A stretch of DNA of 64,000 nt from Octopus vulgaris. Taxonomy: Eukaryota. Numbering within the stretch: position 1 is the stretch's first letter; each line of letters opens with the position of its first letter. Position numbers and translations under genes: made by a program. A model generated the notes under the pieces. It was not told the DNA's origin. It made no database searches and saw only the letters and a program-made list of their open reading frames with translations. Where the stretch lies: the NCBI GenBank assembly GCA_951406725.2, contig OX597818.1, positions 10,912,001 through 10,976,000 of the forward strand, written 5' to 3'. Below, one piece after another: positions 37,593 through 51,529 of the stretch.

Positions 37593-37805
37593 CTTTTCTA
37601 CTCTAGGCACAAGGCCCAAAATTTTGGGGGAGTGGGGCCAGTCAATTAGATCAATGCCAGTATGCAACTGGTACTTAATTTATCGACCCTGAAAGGTTGA
37701 AAGGTAAAGTCAACCATGGCAGAATTTGAACTCAGAACGTAAAGACAGACGAAACACCACTAAGCACTTTGCCCAGTGTTCTAATGTTTCTGCTAGTTTG
37801 CCGCC
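37593..37805 (-). mobile_element. SINE family B, full length with 17-bp TSD
   Basis: TSD TTCGCAACTATAATATT (37576-37592) / TTCACAACTATAATATT (37806-37822). Confidence 0.9.
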
Positions 37806-38505
37806 TTCACAACTATAATATTGCTAGTTCAATTCTACTGCACAATACTTTAGATGTGTTCTGTCATTGCCTTGGGTTGACCAAAAGAACTATTTGCAAG
37901 CTTATATGAGATATCACTCCTGTTCTTTGACCACATACTTAATCTGTTGCTCAGTTTAACACCGTTACCTGACATTTGGATGTCTGTAGTGGCAATCCAT
38001 TCTGTTGCTAGTATTCAAGCCAAGTCTTTGTGCTGAAGATAACTTCCCCTCTTTTGCTCACCAATCTCCAAGGGTGCTTCCTTTCCCCCCTCTGTCTAAG
38101 CCATTAAAAATGAAAGTGAAAATAAAACAGCAGCTGTTAATAAATCCTTCTGAATATATCAATTTATGTTGACAATCAATCCTTCCTTCTCTCTTAGCTC
38201 AGTACAAGAAATGAAAGTTTGTTGTATTAGATTTGTTTGTTTCTTCCAACCTTAGATTTATATCAACATTTAGATGCTATACTTTCATCTCTTTTGTTTA
38301 TTTTAAATCCATACACATTCTATACTGATTTCACATAAACACACTCATGCATATATACATGCATACATACAAAATGTGCATACATGCAGATATACTTAAT
38401 AAACATGCATACTTTCATAGGCATATATATAGGCATACTTACATAGGCATATATATATATCTATTGATATAGATATATATGAATATATATGCACATTTAT
38501 ATCTC

Positions 38506-38542
<37 letters not shown>

Positions 38543-39607
38543 ATAGAGAGAGAGAAACACATAGTAATCATACTTCCATATATATATATATATACATACC
38601 TAAAACAATACATGGCTTATTTCAAAATACATATACATATATAAACATGTGCATGTATACGAGAGAGAAAGGAGAGAGAGAATGAAATAGAGAATAAGAG
38701 TGAGAGCTATGTTGTGATGACCTAAATGACAATTTCAAATTGACTCTCAATGAACTTGATATTAGATTGTGGAACAATAAGAATTTTCAAGCTGCGCGAC
38801 TTTGTTCTTTAGAAAGATTCACATTTTAGATCACTGAAAGTGTTGTATCATGTCAAAGAATTCAGTTCTGATCTTCTATTTTGAAAATAAATAGTTTTCT
38901 CAAGATATTCTTCCATTTCTTTCCCTAACCTTTTGGATTTTTTTTTATTATCTTTGCTTCTACTACATGTTTTTTGCATTTTGATTTTATTCAATGTGTT
39001 TCTCTAAAATATTTAAAATTGTAAATCACTGGTTTTATGAATACATTTTAAAATTCTCATATACATTCAGTTTCCATTAACAAAATCTTTATTATAGTAG
39101 TATTGTTGTAATAGTTTTCATCATCCTTTTTCCACAGTCGATTTTCTTCAAAATCTAAAAGTTTCCACCAAAAGAAAGCATGTCTTTGATGCCAGCATTC
39201 TATTTGAAATGATGCTGAATGTGATAAAGGCTTTTCTCATTATTTTTCATCTGTCATCATCTGTTTTAACAACAAAAATGACATTTTGTGGCAAGTGTCA
39301 ACTTCCATTGAACAACCATCTTAACTCTCTCTTTCATATATGCGTGTGTATAAATACACTTACACACAACACATAAACATATATAAATGTATTAATACAC
39401 ATATTCATGTATATTGTATTTTGTATTTCTATAATGACTGATGCTTACTGAAAGCTAGCATATTTCTATAGATTCTAATGAGTTGCAAAACTTTGATACG
39501 TTTCCTGAACAACAAAACAGAAATCTTCCAAAATTTCTCCTGTTATATAATCACAGTATTCAATCAAAAGTGAAGTTCAATTTTCTTGGTTGCTTTTATT
39601 TTTGCAC

Positions 39608-39642
<35 letters not shown>

Positions 39643-40800
39643 GATTCTTTCTTTCTTAATTTCAAATATTAGTTCTTTGGTTCTCACTTCCATCTATCAC
39701 CACTCCTGCAACCACTACAAACACTATCTCCATAACCTTTTAAATAGTAACCTAATGCTCAATCCCTAATGGAATACTGCGGATCCTCGTGAATGTTTGT
39801 AAAGTGTGTTGCTTTCAACTGCCTCCCATAAATCAAGAGGCCTTCAAATAACAGAGAATGATAAAGCCTAATGGTTGTTGTTCTGTCTGAACATTCTAGT
39901 AACAAACAAACAAAAAAAATGGCTGCCTTCAAGCAGTGAAACACTTCTGCTATTTTCTCTTTAGTACTATTGTTTTGTAATGCCACTTCGTTTTTGATCT
40001 TTTGATTGATTGTTAGAATTTTAATACTTCTTTCATGTGTTCTCTTTATTAATTTTGGGAATCCAGTTAAGATGACCGAAAGTTAGTTTTCTTGACCCCT
40101 TGCCATCATGTTCTGGTTTTATCATGTTGTTACATAATTTATGTTTTGATGATAAAGCATAGGCAAGGGAGTGGAGCTAGAGCAAGGGTTAGTTAGAGTT
40201 AAAGATGCACAGAGACTGGAAGTAAGGCTCTGCCGTTGCGGCTGACAACAAATGGAATCTTGAGTCAAAGAAGAACCTCTTAGTGGTTACTGGACCTGCT
40301 AGAAAAAGTAGTCAAATCTCCTTCAAATAACTCTTTGTCTCTTGGAAAACATTATATTTGAAAGTGTGGTCCTGGGTTCCCAGTGAATAGGTGAAAGATG
40401 AGATGGTCATGACTGAAATGCTTTTGATCAAAGGTCTGCTGGGTCAGATTTGACTTAGGACTATCCAAGAATACCAACAACAAATGGAATGTTGAGTCTG
40501 TGAGTGAACCTCTAAGCACTCACTGAATCTGCTACAAAAAGCAACTAGATCTCTCTCAAATCACACCCTAATAAATTATAAAATAAATAAATAAAGGAAG
40601 GCAATATTTGATAATACAGTCAGTGATACAATATATCTAAAAAACAAAAATGGAACTGACAGGATGACCATACCTGCAGCATCTTTGATCATAGGGTTGA
40701 CTGATCAGGGTACTGATTTACTGAACTAACAACAGTAATAATCACAATATAAAAATGGAATCTGTCTTTTTATTTCTCACACTCTGTTTCACCCCCATTG

Positions 40801-40938
<138 letters not shown>

Positions 40939-41200
40939 AGATGTGAAGAGAAAAAAGAATAGTTTAATTTTCAGAATTATGTGTTAGTGTAACATTAGTA
41001 CCACTTGAGCCATTCAGGCTCACCTCCCTTTGTCTCTGTCATCTCTGAGTCACAACCGAATATATTAATATTGTCTAAATGCTCAATGACTTTTATTTAA
41101 TCATGGACAGTGAAGTTTGCTCATGACAAAGGACTTTGCTCTCTTTGGCTCATACCCATGATACCACTTGCCATTGTAAAAACCAACAGCCTTGACATAA

Positions 41201-41439
41201 TTAAACAATTTAGCATTCACATTACTCAGATTACTCTGGCAAATGAAATACTTGTTTATTTACATTGTTTTAAATTATTCATGAATTACCTTGTAGCTTT
41301 GAGATTTTGATGATGTGATTGTTGATATTTAGAATGACATTGTAGGGTAGGTATGAGAGACTGAATCTGTCCATTTTCAACATGAAACAAGGTAGAATAT
41401 TTAGGCCTGATACAGCTGGTTTAAATGCTAAACAGTTTA
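41201..41439. mobile_element. TTAA-type (piggyBac-like) MITE, second family, copy 1
   Basis: TTAA..TTTAGCATT / AATGCTAAA..TTTA ends; colinear with 52578-52798. Confidence 0.65.
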
Positions 41440-41779
41440 TGGATGGTCTCCTTGAGTCACTCCCTGTCAGTCATTCTTGTCATATACACTGTTATGCATT
41501 ACTATATATACTTGTACCTTCATATTCCAGATTTGGACTTGTTACCATCACCTCACCCCCACCCCTCTGCAATTGTATGTTTTTTGTTATTATTTTGGTC
41601 TACAAGAAGAAGATGTTGCATTCTCTGAGGTCAGTGAAACTGATAGCATTAATCTTTTGCTAAGAGTGTCATTAGTCGACTACAAATGAAGGCATGTGAA
41701 AAGAAGATATTCCACAGAACAGATTTTCTGGAAGGAAAGATACAGAGATAGTAGTTAGTGTGCGATCTAGACTAGTGGA

Positions 41780-41817
<38 letters not shown>

Positions 41818-43142
41818 GTATAAGGGATGAGAGGTGAGATGAGTGAGCTGAGAGTGATCTGAGTGGTGGTGGCATGAAACCAGCCAATTCAAAGGAGTAG
41901 ACACTATTGTAGTAGCAACAGTAGAGTCAGAAGGAGGAGACAGGTTGTCTATGAGTTAGAGATTGAAGTGTGTTTGTGAGTGGCTTCCTGCCAATCATTC
42001 AAGTGGTCAACAAAGTTAGTTGATTTGAGAGAAATTAATCATCTTATCTGGTCAGATTCATTATTTTTTTGTGTGTGTTTTTGTAATTTAATTTAATTTT
42101 ATCCATTCATTTTAATGTTTACAAGAAGTCAAAAATTATCTCAGTTCTAGCAGTTTCTAAATCAATAACATAATCTACCTTCATGGGACATTTCTATGAC
42201 TTAGATAATGTTTAGAAATAATAATTTATTTAATGTACTAGTTAAAAAGTTTGCTTTACCATCAAATGGTTCCAAGCTCATTCCTACAGTGTGGCACCAT
42301 GGGAAAATGTTTTCAACAATGGTCACAGGTCAGCCCAATCCTTGTGAATGAAATTAGATTGATATACACTTTATCAAAAAACTGCTGAATGGGTGGTGCC
42401 TGTTCTGAAGTGATGACTTAATCAGTCACAAGCATTTAGACTCTGGTTGACTTTATGAAAGGAGCTAAGAATACGAAGACAGTCAAGTCACATAGTTGGA
42501 TCACTTGTTCTCTTTTTTTCTCTTTGTTCTTCTTTTCCATTTCCCTAACCATAAGTGTATCCTGTTTGAGTAAATATATGATTAACTCATTTCCAGCCAT
42601 AACTATCTCAAACTGAAAACATCGTTCTGCATGACTCACCTGTATAACCAACTTTAATGCCTTTATATGCTTAGTTCTTCTCAAATAAGTCAACTGAAAG
42701 GATCAAGATTTGAACACCTATTTCAGTTTTGTTTACAGAAGTCCTTGATTTTCTTCATTAACAATTTTGCTCACCCAAGAAGTGTTGAAAAACACAACTA
42801 AATGTCACTGACCAAAGTGTGTTTATATCACTGCCAAATGTGTGTTTAGATATTTCTGATTTATATGTATATTTATATATACACTGCATATCAATTTGGC
42901 TGTCTCTTGTGTGTGTGTGTGTGTATTTATATATATATATACATTTCTTGTACAGGAGAGTGTAGTTAGATGTCGACATCTCACTTCTCTGTTATCTATG
43001 GATTTATATACAGTTCTACATCTCTGATATATATTTACACATATAGCTACATATGTCCTTATAGAGTGAAGGTTCATATGTGTTTATATACATTCCTTTT
43101 GTAAAAAGGTTACATACTAACTTGCACACACACACACACACG

Positions 43143-43184
<42 letters not shown>

Positions 43185-43335
43185 ATGAAGTACGTGTGTG
43201 TGTGCATGTGTATGTATAAAAACACATACATACACATTTCTTTCGAGTATATTTATTTAAATAGATTCCATTATATAGAAAGATTTTATAGTCTCAAATT
43301 ACTTCCGGGAGTTTTCAAGCATTTTTTTGCCATTC

Positions 43336-43338
<3 letters not shown>

Positions 43339-43374
<36 letters not shown>

Positions 43375-43376
43375 CA

Positions 43377-43430
<54 letters not shown>
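43339..43430. repeat. (TTA)n microsatellite
   Basis: Directly visible. Confidence 0.95.
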
Positions 43431-43431
<1 letters not shown>

Positions 43432-43909
43432 CGTCATCATCAACATCATTGGTGTTGTTGTTGTTGTTGTGCTTGTGTTTGTGAATGGGTGGGTTGAAGG
43501 TTGTTTGCAGTTTCCTCCCTGTTACATACACACCACCCACTCTTGTCTTTCTTATTAATTTCTTCTCTTTATAATTTGAAAACATTAATGCCTAATATTT
43601 CATATAGAGAGAAACTAATTTATATTGGCTGTAAGGGGTAAGGTGGAAATGGGAGGGTAAGCAATGAGAAGAAAACAAAATGGAGGAAAGCAGTGTGTAT
43701 GTATATATATGTGAATGGATTAAAGCTGTTTCTATGAATACACATATAGACACACTTATATTTTATCTATATACACATACAAACGTACATGCATGCATGT
43801 ATGTATGTATATATGTGTGTTTGCGTGTGTAAATGACTGTGTGTGTGTGTGTGTGCTCAGAACTACATTTTCTTATAATGTTACACATTAAAAAGAGAAT
43901 GAAAGCATT

Positions 43910-44333
43910 GGCATAGCTATGTGGTAAGAAGCTTGCTTTCAAACCACATGGTTCCAGGTTCAGTCCCACTGCATGGCACCTTGGGCAAGTGTCTTCTACT
44001 ATAGCCTCAAGCCAACCAAAGTTTTGTAAAAGGATTTGGTAGACAGAAACTGAAAGAAGCTTGTTGTACATATGTGTGTGTGTGTGTCTTTGTATGTCTC
44101 TTTGTGTCTGTTTGACCCCCCCACCCCCGACCACCACCACCACTTGACAACTGGTGTTAGTGTGTTTACATCCCTGCAACTTAGCAGTTTGGCAAAAGGA
44201 ACTGATAGAATAAGTACTAGGCTTTAAAAAAGAAGTACCGGAGTTGATTCATTCGACTAAGGATCCTTCAAGGTGGTGCCCCAGCATGGCTACAGTCTAG
44301 TGACTGAAATAAGTAAAAGAAAAAAATAAAAGA
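43910..44333 (+). mobile_element. SINE family A, full length
   Basis: GGTTCAGTCCCACTGCATGGCACCTTGGGCAAGTG..TGACTGAAATAAGTAAAAG; followed by a decayed plus copy at ~44378-44695. Confidence 0.88.
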
Positions 44334-44703
44334 TATACATATGTTGAGTTGAATGTATAGATTTATATACACACATGGGTGCAGGTATTACTGTGTATGT
44401 TTAAGAAGTTTAGTTTGCAACCACAGGGTTTCATAGTATCTTGGGCAAATGTCCTTTTCTATATAGCCCAATGCCAACTGATGCCTTGTGAATTAATTTT
44501 GGTGATAGAAACTGTGTGAAAGCCCATCATTCATGCATGTCTCTGTCTGTGTTTTCAACCCTCCCTCCCACACACTGCTTGACAACTGGTATTGGTTTAT
44601 TTACATCCATGTAACCAAGTGGAATATGTACCAAACTTAGAAATAAGAATGAGTAATGGGGTCAGTGTGTTTGACTGAAACAGTTAAAAGATAAGACATA
44701 ACC

Positions 44704-44925
44704 TCTTTTCACTTGTTTCAGTCATGAGAGTGTGGCCATACTGGAGCATCGTTTTGAAGAATTTTTAGTCAGTTGAATCAACCTCCAGTAGTTTTTTGTT
44801 TATTTACTTTTTAAGCCTGGTACCTATTCTATTGATCTCTCTTGCCAAATTGCTAAGTTACAGGATTATAAATTCTCCAGCACCAGCTGTCAAGAAGTGG
44901 TGGGTGACAAATACAAAGGCACACA
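44704..44925 (-). mobile_element. SINE family A tail half
   Basis: TCTTTTCACTTGTTTCAGTCAT..GCTAAGTTACAGG..GTCAAG. Confidence 0.75.
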
Positions 44926-45089
44926 CATATTGCTCTAATCTCTCATCATCCTTTATTCTTAACGTGATGGGCCAGGTACCGCCCTAATAGAAAGAATTTT
45001 ACCTGCCCCATCCTCCCATACTTAAACTTCTCATCACTGAGCATAAAACCCTTCAAATCTTGGGGTTCATATTCTTACAAGCTGAATGG

Positions 45090-45250
45090 TGACCTCACTA
45101 ATGCTGGTGGCATGTAAAACAAGATGCAGCACATGCTGAGAAATGGTTGACATTAGGAAGGGCATCGAACCATAGAAATATGCCAAAATGGACATTGGAG
45201 CACAATCCAATACTTGGATCCCTCAGATACTGTCAAATCATCCAACTCTT
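45090..45250 (+). mobile_element. Old RTE 3'-end fragment
   Basis: TGCTGGTGGCATGTAAAA..GGTTGACATTAGGAAGGGCATC. Confidence 0.6.
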
Positions 45251-45659
45251 TGTCAACTTTTTGTGAACAGGAGAATATTTCTAAACAAAGCATATAATGT
45301 GTGGATGCTGCCCTCATGAATGGAAATTTGTTTTGGTAATGTGCTCAGCCCTATTTTCATTGTGGAGAATAGCAGACATATTCAAAAGTTTGTGTGTGTA
45401 TATATTCATGTACATATATTAAAAATCCAATCCCCAGTACATAATTTCCATTAAAGGAATCCATTCATACAAAATTATATTCTGTAGCATATATATTCCT
45501 TCAATACAATTGTTTCAACAATACATGACTCAGCTACATCATCATCATCATCATCAACATCATCATCATCATCATCATCATCATCACCATCATCATTTAA
45601 CATCTGTTTTCCATGCTGGCATGGGTTGGAAAACTTGTAAAAAAGTTGTAAGTTATACT

Positions 45660-45870
45660 GGTTTCAGATTTTGGCTCATGGCCAGCACTTTTGAGGAAGG
45701 GGTCAAATTGATTACATCAACCCTCGTGTTCAACTGGTACTTATTTTATTGACCATGAAAGGATGAAAGGTAACGTCAGCCTTAGAGGAATTTGAACTCA
45801 GAACTTGAAGACAGATGAAATGCCACTAAGCATCTTGCTTAGCATGCTAACAATTCTACCAGCTTCCTGC
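45660..45870 (-). mobile_element. SINE family B copy (next to a minus RTE tail with (CAT)n at 45538-45630)
   Basis: CAACTGGTACTTATTTTATTGACC..GGAATTTGAACTCAGAAC. Confidence 0.8.
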
Positions 45871-46072
45871 CCCATTATATTACAGCATCCTACACGTGAT
45901 CCATGTCCGTCTCATCAATACTGTCTCTTATTCCCCTACTCCTTCTCTGGCCCATTCCTATTTCCTTTTCTCTACTTCTCTTCCCCAAACTGATTTTCAC
46001 TGTATCCAGCTCTAATCAACTGTCATGCTAATATCACTGCAGTACACTTACCTTTTCTCATTAAACTACGGC

Positions 46073-46250
46073 AATGCTGGGGCACCACCTTGAAGAATAT
46101 TTTGTTGAATGAATCGACACTAGAACTTATCTTTTTTAAGCCTGGTACTTTATTGGTCTCGTTTGCTGAACCACTAAATTATGAGAACATAAACACATCA
46201 ACACTGGTTGTCAAGCAGTAGCAAGGGACAAACAGACATCAAGACACTCA
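46073..46250 (-). mobile_element. SINE family A tail half
   Basis: ATGCTGGGGCACCACCTTGAAG..AAACACATCAACACTGGTTGTCAAGC. Confidence 0.75.
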
Positions 46251-46303
46251 TGTAAATATATGTATATATAATATATATTTATATATACATACATATATAT
46301 GTA

Positions 46304-46456
46304 GGCACAGGCATGGCTGTGTGGTAAGAAGCTTACTTCCCAACAACAAGGTTCTGGGTTCAGTCCCACTGTGTGACACCTTGGGCAAGTATCTTCTGCT
46401 CTAGCCTCAGGCCGACTGAAGACTTGTGAAGACTAGATGGAAACTGGAAGAAGCCT

Positions 46457-46496
<40 letters not shown>

Positions 46497-46710
46497 TATC
46501 TATGTGTTTGTGTATGTGTTTGTCCCCCAACACTGCTTGACAGCCGGTGTTGGTGTGTTTACCACCCTGTAACTATGCAGTTTGACAATTGAGACTGATA
46601 GAATGAGTGCTAGGCTTAAAAAAGAAGCCCTGCAGTCGATCTGTTCATCTAAAACCCTTCAAGGCAGTGCTCCAGCATGGTAACAGTCAAATGACTGAAC
46701 AAATAAAAGA
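46304..46710 (+). mobile_element. SINE family A, full length
   Basis: GGCACAGGCATGGCTGTGTGGTAAGAAGC..GGGTTCAGTCCC..AAATGACTGAAC. Confidence 0.88.
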
Positions 46711-46922
46711 ATATACATTTGTGTGTATATTATATATTTACATATAAATACCTGTTTATATGTGTGCATGTGTGTGTGTGTATATTTTAGTATATATATG
46801 TATATTAATATACATTTTATATGAATATTTGTATATATTTATGTATATATTTATAAAATAGATGTTTATAGATATGTTATTTACATGCTGTTATATATGT
46901 ACATGCATGCCTATGCACACAG

Positions 46923-46980
<58 letters not shown>

Positions 46981-47381
46981 ATGGTGGTAATAACAAACTG
47001 TGTAATGTAATTGATCATATGTTTCAATGAATCAATGAGATTACTTACATCAAAGCAAACATCACAATGATAACACAGAGAATGGAAATATAATTATCAA
47101 ATAAATTTTTTGCACCGATTACAAGACAGAATGTCTTTAGTTGCAGTATTTGTTGCATAGCAGTGCAGCAGATATTTATGTTCTTGATTTACATAAAACA
47201 GTTTTTTTTTGTTTATTTTTTGTTTTGTTAATATTATTGTTCATGTTGTTTCATATCTATTCCCTCTGCTTCATTTTCTCTCTCTCTCTCTCTTTCTACC
47301 TCTCAAATATTTGGAACAAAAGCTGGAACAGAATTGTATAGTTTCATTTATGTAGTTGCATTGCATGTAAATGCAGGTACT

Positions 47382-47422
<41 letters not shown>

Positions 47423-48328
47423 TTTGTGCCCTACTGATGTGTGTGTGCGCGTACACGTTTTGGAAAATGACTATTCTTTCTCCCACCCACGTTGTTGCTG
47501 TACTTCTTCCTTTGCTCGTTAATATGTGTGTATATGTTGGCAATGCTTTAATATCCTTATGTATGTGTGTGTGTGTATGTATCTATTAATATTTCTATAT
47601 TTATACTTATATGTAAAAATGCACACTTATTTGCCTTCGCACATGCATATATGCATACACATGTGCATGGGAAGATTGTACCAAAAGTACTGAAAAAGTG
47701 GGCATAACGTTTTCATTAACTGATAGAAGTTGTTCAAATTCCATGTGTTCATGGAGTAACTTTTCCTCCATAGTAAGTCTGCTTCTTCGTTGCAGGCAAA
47801 TGATGGGTTTCCAAAGTCACATTCCACATTTGAGTTCTTAATGCTGTTCAATATACACAGAAAGCTCGTGCACAAAACATTTCCATTTTCTGCTCTGTAC
47901 CACTACTAGCATCTGCTTGCATCCACCAAAATGAAAGAAAAATTAGGAATGTTAACAACTTCTTTTGGGGTGAGGAATTCAATTAGAATCCCCCTTCTAT
48001 TAAGTTGAGGAGTGAATTTCATCTCCACAATTTCCCCATGTTTCTTCAGGATGGCAAAAACTCTTACTGGATCATTGTGAGCCAGCATGTTTTTAGTTGG
48101 TGGTGGTGGCAGCAGCAGCAGAGGAGGAGGAGGAGGAGGACAACAGATATAAAGATTGAACATCTTCAAAAATCATCTTTGCTTGGTTCTGCAAGAGTTC
48201 TCTACATAGTTTTTGAAATATGATCAGTCAACAAGTGTCACCTTAGTTTGCTGGCTGTGGGCAGCTGACACTTTCCATCATACCCAGCAAAATAAAGCCA
48301 AGAGTTTTCATGATATGCTACTTTCTAA

Positions 48329-48540
48329 GGCAGCATGCTGGCAGAAACATTAGCACACTGGGTGAAAAGCTTACCGGTATTTCGTCTATCCTTACGTTCT
48401 GAGTTCAAATTCCGCCGAGGTCGACTTTGCCTTTCATCCTTTCGGCGTTGGTAAATTAATTACCAGTTGCGTACTGGGGTTGATCATACTGGCCTCCTCC
48501 CCAAAAATTTCAGGCCTTGTACCTAGAGTAGAAAAGGATA
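48329..48540 (+). mobile_element. SINE family B, full length
   Basis: TTCTGAGTTCAAATTCCGCCGAGGTCGACTTTGCCTTTCATCC; approximate 17-bp TSD 48312-48328 / 48537-48553. Confidence 0.88.
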
Positions 48541-48549
48541 TAATACTTT

Positions 48550-48740
48550 CTTATTTTGGCACAAGTCCAGTAATTTTCATCGGAGGGATTAGTTGATTAC
48601 ATTGACTCCAGTGCTCAACTGGTATTTTATTGACCTTGAAAGGATGAAAAGTAAAGTTGACCTCAATAGGATTTGAACTCTGAACATAAAGGGCCTGAAG
48701 AAGGCTGCCAAAACTTTTGCCTGACATACAAACAATTCTC
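48550..48740 (-). mobile_element. SINE family B copy, tail-to-tail with the previous copy
   Basis: TTTGGCACAAG..CAGTGCTCAACTGGTA..GAAAGGATGAAAAGTAAAGTTGACCTC..ATTTGAACTC. Confidence 0.8.
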
Positions 48741-50339
48741 AATAACGACATTAATATTTTCCCACTAATACGTCTATACTATTTCGATAATACATTGGTA
48801 TATATGTCTTGTTCAAAAATATATTGACATTATTATATGTTATACATCAGAACATGCTGTCCTATATTGACTGTCAAAGGCCAATGGGGAAAAATATCTT
48901 CAAATGTTGAGTTCAGACATAAAACTCTCGATTAAAAATCCCCATGAATGCTATCAATATCCTTCCATTTCTCCCGCCATCTATTCCATACACGTTCTAC
49001 TTATTCATTAATTCTACTTTCTCAGAATACATACATACATACACATATATATATATGTACACACACATGTATATACATACATATATATATATGTATATAA
49101 GTATATATATACACACATACATCTATAGACTTATATACATATATATGTAATTTACTAGTTTGTGTGTGTCGTGTTCCTCCCCAATTTCTTCACAGTGGTT
49201 TATACATAAGAAAGCAAGTCTATTATACCACATCTTATATACATAGTTTGATCACTTAAACTTCACTGAAAACGTTGTGTCATGTCTGGTTTGTGAGCAG
49301 AGAAAAGTTGACATGAAATCAATTGTCTAGGACAGGTCAATCGATAAATGTGTCCATTATCCTATGTACCAGCAGATGAACAAAAACCGCTGTGTAATCA
49401 TTGATATGGATCCATAGAAATCTTGATCATCCATCTACTAATGGTTATTATATATGCCATCATGGAATTCTTTTGTTGTATAATTAGTGGAGTTTGTATA
49501 GAAAAGGCTTATTTGGAGTTAATTGGAAGAAGAAAAGAAGGTTTTGTGGTCAACAAAGTATGTGTATGTGTGTGTTTGTGTGTATATACTTGTCTGATTC
49601 ATAAAAATAAATTGTGAGACATTGACTTTCTGAATAACACCCTGTCGATTCATTCAGAAGTGACGTTGAAAACTGATGGGAAAGACAGAACAAAAATCAA
49701 TAAGGAGGATAAAGATGAAGATGATGATAATAATAATAATGATATTGATGATGATGACGATTTCTTACGTAGGCACATAATACATAAGCAAAGAATAAAG
49801 AAAGAGAAATGCAATTAGTATTTTATCTTTCTAGGTTTATTTTTACTTTTCCATACAAGGTGCAGTGTTGTTATGGCATCATCTTATTTCTTATATATCT
49901 CATTGTAATCATTGACATCATTACCACCACCACCACCACGACCACCACCACCATAATTTTTTATTTTGTATTTTCCTTCCTCCGTTCTTGGCATGGTTGG
50001 GATTTTTTTTTTTTTTCTGTTTCTGTTTCAGTACATCTTCCTTTTGATATCTTTCAACCTGTGCATCAATCTGTGAAGTTCAGCATTTTCAGATCTGTTC
50101 CATCAACAAGAATTGGTATAATGCAACTAGGGAGCTTCTACATTGTTACCCCTCACCCAATTACTGGTAAAAGCAGCTGAAATTGCCAAATTTTTCTCAG
50201 ATTATAACTTTTTGACTTGGAAAACAAGAAATATTGGATAATATTGTTCTGGAGGAAAAAGACAATGGTCATTGCTGGAATGGGTTACATTTTGAGTTTA
50301 CTTGACCACAGCTGACATGGGGCTCAATTATTATACTAA

Positions 50340-50790
50340 AAGTGAAAATTTGAAAGATATGAGCAGGAAGCTGATGATCTGGAAAGGAAGGACTGCATGT
50401 AGTCATTAGTGTTGGGGTGAGCATGAGCACAGAATGGCTAATGAATGGAGAAGAGACAAGTGCCTGAATGGAGGTGATATGAGAGCAGCTAGTTCCACAG
50501 AGCAAAATCCATTGTTGTAGCTGTAGAAAAGTCAGAGGAAAGAGTCTAAGCTGGAGTATGTTCCAGGGGTGGTTTTATGCTAATCAGTCAAGTGTAGTTT
50601 GTCTGGATGCAGCATAAGATGCTAATGTGTATAACTGCAGTATCATCCTAGATGAGGGAGAAATGCTTCATTAAAGGTCTTATCAGAGTTTTGTAAGCAG
50701 TAATTATTGGAGGCTGAGATATTTTATGGATCTGAAGAAAAGGGCCATTTTCGAAGGGAAGTTCTTAAAAAGTATGTTCACCAAGAAGAA
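50340..50790 (-). mobile_element. CR1/L2-group LINE ORF2 C-terminal remnant
   Basis: KMALFFRSIKYLS..YKTLIRP, LFYSYNNGFCSVELAALI, YMQSFLSR motifs with stops and frameshifts. Confidence 0.65.
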
Positions 50791-51529
50791 ACTTCAGTAA
50801 TACTGAGTAAGGCAGCATCACGGCAAAATGCTTAGTGACATTTTGCCCATCCCTAGGTCACTTGCATACTGCTAACTTGTAAGTGGTGGGATACATAGAA
50901 CATATAATTTGTATGTCTGCATGAAGAGTACTTTTTAGCAATACTAATATTCAAGAAGAAATGGAATCAAACTATAACAATGAAAAATAAAATAGAAAAT
51001 CATGCAAAATTTCTGAAGCAAAAAGCTAATTTTAAAAATTTCAAAAAAGGAAAAAGAAAAAAAAGCATATATCAAACAATAGGCAGGTTTGGCTTTTTTT
51101 TCTTCTTTTTGGTGAAGCAGATCACACTAGTTCTTAAATTCCTCAACTATCTCTCTCACAACCTTCTTTTATTCTCTGTCTGTGTTTTTTTTTTCCTTTT
51201 TGTCTTCTCTTTACTTTATTTCTTTGTTTTCTCCTCCTACATATTTTTTTTTTCATGACATTAATTTAATTAGTGGGAATTTAATCCTCAGATTAATGCT
51301 TTAATGAAAATTTTGGATATTTCTTTAGTTATGAGATATTATAATGTACTGGAAAAAAAAAAGAAAACAATCTTTTATAGTAAAGGTTGGTTTCTTGTAA
51401 TTCTGAATTATTAATAGTAAGAAGGAATGGCTAAACAATTAAGGAAAGATTTAAAATCAATTTCTGCTGGAAAAGTGCTGATGGTTATAAATATCTGCAA
51501 GCTCTGAAAAAAGAACAACCACCACAACC

